45,313 nucleotides of DNA, from the NCBI RefSeq assembly GCF_003334315.1, contig NZ_QOWR01000038.1. One strand, written 5' to 3'. The first letter of the stretch is position 1. Every line of letters starts with the position of its first letter. A model generated the notes under the pieces. It saw only the letters and a program-made list of their open reading frames with translations. It was not told where the DNA came from and did no database searches. Position numbers and translations under genes: made by a program. Origin of the DNA: Escherichia coli (GTDB lineage Bacteria; Pseudomonadota; Gammaproteobacteria; Enterobacterales; Enterobacteriaceae). Positions 42,384 through 45,313 of the stretch are shown here, one piece after another.

Positions 42384-43647
42384 TCGTTCCCTTACAAAAT
42401 ATCGGTAATTTATTTTTAATTATCACATACATCATCAATTGATTAACAACGAGTTCAGTAATAAGTACTGTAATAGCAGCACCAAGTGCGCCATAAGAAT
42501 ACACCGCTGGGAATATACATATCATTGCGATAACACCACCAGTTATTACGATTTTGCTAAACATTTTAGCCATATTCAGAACAAGTAACGTCTGATAACC
42601 GAAAACATTACTTACAGCAATAATAAAGGGCATGCCTGATAAAATTTTCATAATGACTATTGATGAATGATAATCGCTCCCGTATAAAAATAATATCAAT
42701 TCTTTACTGTATATGAACAATAATAAGCTAATAATAAATGCAATACCACCTTGTACTTTGAGCAATTTTCTAATCACATCAAAAGCATGCTCCCTATTGT
42801 TTTTCATAAGAGCATTTATTCTTGGATATAATGCCTGAGACACAGGCCCAATTAATCCTTGTATAGCTAATCGTATTTTATCTGCTGCTGTGAAATATCC
42901 AACAATGGTTGGATTGGTAAAAATACCTAAAATCACGGTAATACTTCCAGTATAAATATTAATCGCGGCAGTTGAGATAAAAATATGCCATGCAGAAGCT
43001 AATTCTAATTTCATTTCAGGCCATGTTGGTGAATACCATTTAATCCATTTCTTTTCTATAACTATTGCTAATGCGATGCACCCAGACAGGATAAAAGTTA
43101 GTCCATTTATTAGCGCCACCAACCAAACATCTTCAGGCGAATGAATTAATAAAAAAATAGCGGGCACTGCAAGAATTTTTGAGGTTATGCTTGAAATAGC
43201 TACTTTAGCCATTTCTTCCTTACCTTGAAATAACCAGACTGGAAATAGCATATTTCCTACCACTGCTGAAAAGGCAATGATTAAAACATATTGATATTCA
43301 CCAGTAAATACATGGTCAGCGATAGTCCAACATCCGGAGAAAATAAAAGCACACACAATCAAAATTAACTTGCATGCCATAACATTCCAATACGTTTTGC
43401 TTACAAGTTCAACATCGTCTCGAATAATTGATATTTTTTTTGTTATAGAAAGATTAAAGCCAAAGTCAACTATCAGAATTGAATACTGTATTATTGCAAG
43501 GGTATATCCATAGATTCCGTAACTGTATGGCCCCAGCACCTTTACAAGGTAGGGTAAAGTTAACAATGGTATTAGGTATCCAACCCCCTGAATACTTAAT
43601 AGCGAAAATATGTTTATTAGTACTTTCTTATTCATCCACTGACTCAT
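42376..43647 (-). CDS. wzx: O-unit flippase (MOP/polysaccharide transporter family)
   Basis: 423 aa with about 12 hydrophobic segments. First gene after JUMPstart. The start may instead be the second ATG at 43635. Confidence 0.8.
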   Translation of the reverse strand: MSQWMNKKVLINIFSLLSIQGVGYLIPLLTLPYLVKVLGPYSYGIYGYTLAIIQYSILIVDFGFNLSITKKISIIRDDVELVSKTYWNVMACKLILIVCAFIFSGCWTIADHVFTGEYQYVLIIAFSAVVGNMLFPVWLFQGKEEMAKVAISSITSKILAVPAIFLLIHSPEDVWLVALINGLTFILSGCIALAIVIEKKWIKWYSPTWPEMKLELASAWHIFISTAAINIYTGSITVILGIFTNPTIVGYFTAADKIRLAIQGLIGPVSQALYPRINALMKNNREHAFDVIRKLLKVQGGIAFIISLLLFIYSKELILFLYGSDYHSSIVIMKILSGMPFIIAVSNVFGYQTLLVLNMAKMFSKIVITGGVIAMICIFPAVYSYGALGAAITVLITELVVNQLMMYVIIKNKLPIFCKGTNV

Positions 43648-43652
43648 TTATT

Positions 43653-43691
43653 CACGCTACCGCCCCTGGCTCAACAGCTACCAGTGCACTG
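43653..43691 (-). promoter_or_regulatory. 39-bp JUMPstart element containing the ops site (RfaH loading)
   Basis: The minus strand reads CAGTGCACTGGTAGCTGTTGAGCCAGGGGCGGTAGCGTG. The ops core GGCGGTAG is the complement of 43657-43664. Confidence 0.88.
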
Positions 43692-43961
43692 CACAAAATT
43701 CAGTATGTCGTGGACCAGCCCCCACAAACCTTCACGTTTGCATCGAATCTCGCCCACCAATTTAGCCCACTATTTTGGGCGCAATCCCTGTGTAAGACAA
43801 GGAGAAATCCGGCATTTTTTATCAAAAAACACCGCGCAATCACTAATTTTAGTTGTTGTTTTTAAAAGCAAAAACGGCAGCTGCTGTGAAATGAGAGTTC
43901 CTCAACCACAATCATCTGCCGTTCTGTTACTCACCAACATTCCGTGTTGTTGCGTAGTGTC
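43692..43961 (-). promoter_or_regulatory. galF-wzx intergenic region, expected to hold the O-antigen operon promoter
   Basis: A 270-bp non-coding region upstream of JUMPstart. By analogy with other E. coli O-antigen loci the operon promoter lies here. The -10/-35 elements were not assigned. Confidence 0.4.
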
Positions 43962-44855
43962 TTATTCTGAAAGCAGTTTCTCAATCCCTTTCCGGAACTT
44001 CGCCCCTTCTTTCAGGTTGCGCAGCCCATACTGGACAAACGCCTGCATGTAACCCATTTTCTTACCGCAGTCGTAGCTGTCGCCGCTCATCAGCATCGCG
44101 TCAACGGACTGTTTCTTCGCCAGCTCGGCGATAGCATCCGTCAACTGAATACGTCCCCAGGCACCCGGCGCGGTTTTTTCCAGTTCGGCCCAGATGTCGG
44201 CGGAAAGCACATAGCGCCCTACTGCCATCAGGTCGGAATCCAGCGTTTGCGGTTGGTCTGGTTTTTCGATGAACTCAACGATACGGCTCACTTTACCTTC
44301 TACGGTCAGCGGCTCTTTAGTCTGAATAACCGAGTACTCAGAAAGATCGCCAGGCATACGTTTCGCCAGCACCTGGCTGCGGCCTGTTTCGTTATAACGT
44401 GCCACCATCGCAGCGAGGTTATAACGCAGTGGGTCAGCGGATGCGCCATCGAGAATGATATCAGGCAGAACAACCACAAACGGGTTATCGCCAACGATCG
44501 GACGCGCGCACAGAATGGAGTGGCCCAGGCCCAGCGGCTGCGCCTGTCGCACGTTCATGATGGTTACGCCCGGCGGGCAAATGGACTGAACTTCCGCCAG
44601 CAGCTGACGCTTAACGCGTTGCTCCAGCAGAGCTTCCAGTTCATAGGAGGTGTCGAAGTGGTTTTCCACGGCATTTTTGGAGGAGTGGGTGACCAGGACG
44701 ATTTCTTTGATCCCTGCAGCAACAACTTCGTCGACGATGTATTGGATCATCGGCTTGTCAACGATCGGTAGCATCTCTTTAGGAATGGCCTTGGTGGCAG
44801 GGAGCATATGCATGCCCAGCCCGGCTACCGGAATGACTGCTTTCAAATTAACCAT
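43962..44855 (-). CDS. galF: UTP--glucose-1-phosphate uridylyltransferase paralogue GalF
   Basis: 297 aa, [43 protein letters not shown]. Recognised as GalF, at the conventional position upstream of an O-antigen cluster. Core-like GC content. Confidence 0.93.
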   Translation of the reverse strand: MVNLKAVIPVAGLGMHMLPATKAIPKEMLPIVDKPMIQYIVDEVVAAGIKEIVLVTHSSKNAVENHFDTSYELEALLEQRVKRQLLAEVQSICPPGVTIMNVRQAQPLGLGHSILCARPIVGDNPFVVVLPDIILDGASADPLRYNLAAMVARYNETGRSQVLAKRMPGDLSEYSVIQTKEPLTVEGKVSRIVEFIEKPDQPQTLDSDLMAVGRYVLSADIWAELEKTAPGAWGRIQLTDAIAELAKKQSVDAMLMSGDSYDCGKKMGYMQAFVQYGLRNLKEGAKFRKGIEKLLSE

Positions 44856-44860
44856 TATCG

Positions 44861-45313
44861 GGTAATGACTCCAACTTATTGATAGTGTTTTATGTTCAGA
44901 TAATGCCCGATGACTTTGTCATGCAGCTCCACCGATTTTGAGAACGACAGCGACTTCCGTCCCAGCCGTGCCAGGTGCTGCCTCAGATTCAGGTTATGCC
45001 GCTCAATTCGCTGCGTATATCGCTTGCTGATTACGTGCAGCTTTCCCTTCAGGCGGGATTCATACAGCGGCCAGCCATCCGTCATCCATATCACCACGTC
45101 AAAGGGTGACAGCAGGCTCATAAGACGCCCCAGCGTCGCCATAGTGCGTTCACCGAATACGTGCGCAACAACCGTCTTCCGGAGACTGTCATACGCGTAA
45201 AACAGCCAGCGCTGGCGCGATTTAGCCCCGACATAGCCCCACTGTTCGTCCATTTCCGCGCAGACGATGACGTCACTGCCCGGCTGTATGCGCGAGGTTA
45301 CCGACTGCGGCCT
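44861..45313 (-). mobile_element. IS1 (right-end portion, inverted relative to the copy at 1-96), cut by the window edge
   Basis: Begins GGTAATGACTCCAACTTATTGATAGTGTTTTATGTTCAGATAATGCCCGATGAC, the IS1 terminal repeat and flank, and continues through insB. Confidence 0.93.
44876..45313 (-). CDS. insB: IS1 transposase InsB (partial; N-terminus beyond the window)
   Basis: ...[36 protein letters not shown]...HYLNIKHYQ*. The reading frame stays open to the window end. Confidence 0.9.
   Translation of the reverse strand, partial: RPQSVTSRIQPGSDVIVCAEMDEQWGYVGAKSRQRWLFYAYDSLRKTVVAHVFGERTMATLGRLMSLLSPFDVVIWMTDGWPLYESRLKGKLHVISKRYTQRIERHNLNLRQHLARLGRKSLSFSKSVELHDKVIGHYLNIKHYQ

Noticed and set aside
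32308-43647. The AT-rich 11-kb block considered as a possible phage-defence island or toxin system
   Set aside because: Every ORF in the block has a clear polysaccharide-biosynthesis signature (nucleotide-sugar enzymes, GT-A/GT-B transferases, Stealth, Wzx, Wzy). The block is headed by JUMPstart/ops. No nuclease, ATPase, methyltransferase, reverse transcriptase or toxin-like ORF is present.
43479-44052. Plus-strand ORFs (128 and 122 aa) across the wzx 5' end, JUMPstart and the galF 3' end
   Set aside because: They are antisense to the O-antigen leader and to wzx/galF. The region is explained by JUMPstart and the promoter region, and no coding signature is seen.

Overview
This is an Escherichia coli/Shigella-type chromosomal segment with two contrasting parts. 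Positions ~97-30,900 are a conserved, K-12-like core with every gene apparently intact: glyS-glyQ, ysaB, wecH(yiaH), yiaA, yiaB, xylBA / xylFGHR, bax, malS, avtA, ysaA, yiaJ, the yiaK-yiaL-yiaMNO-lyxK-sgbHUE ascorbate/L-xylulose-type operon, an AraC-family gene remnant, yiaT and yiaU. Twenty-two bp after the yiaU stop the core ends at a complete ISAs1-family (H-repeat) IS element (30,902-32,227). Next comes a visibly AT-rich, minus-strand, complete Wzx/Wzy-type O-antigen cluster (32,308-43,647): manB, GT2, manC, gmm, fcl, gmd, GT4, wzy, a Stealth-family hexose-1-phosphotransferase, GT2 and wzx. It is preceded by a canonical 39-bp JUMPstart/ops element and galF. The window is bracketed by two IS1 copies in inverted orientation: 1-96 is the exact reverse complement of 44,861-44,956. 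The right-hand copy sits only 5 bp upstream of the galF ATG. I saw no tRNA, rRNA, CRISPR array, prophage or recognisable defence system. The most interesting content is the displaced, IS-bounded O-antigen locus. It lacks gnd and is joined to yiaU instead of its usual his-proximal context. Its gene set (GDP-L-fucose pathway, three glycosyltransferases and a Stealth phosphotransferase) predicts a phosphodiester-containing, fucose-containing O-unit. All family assignments come from motif recognition by eye; no database search was possible.
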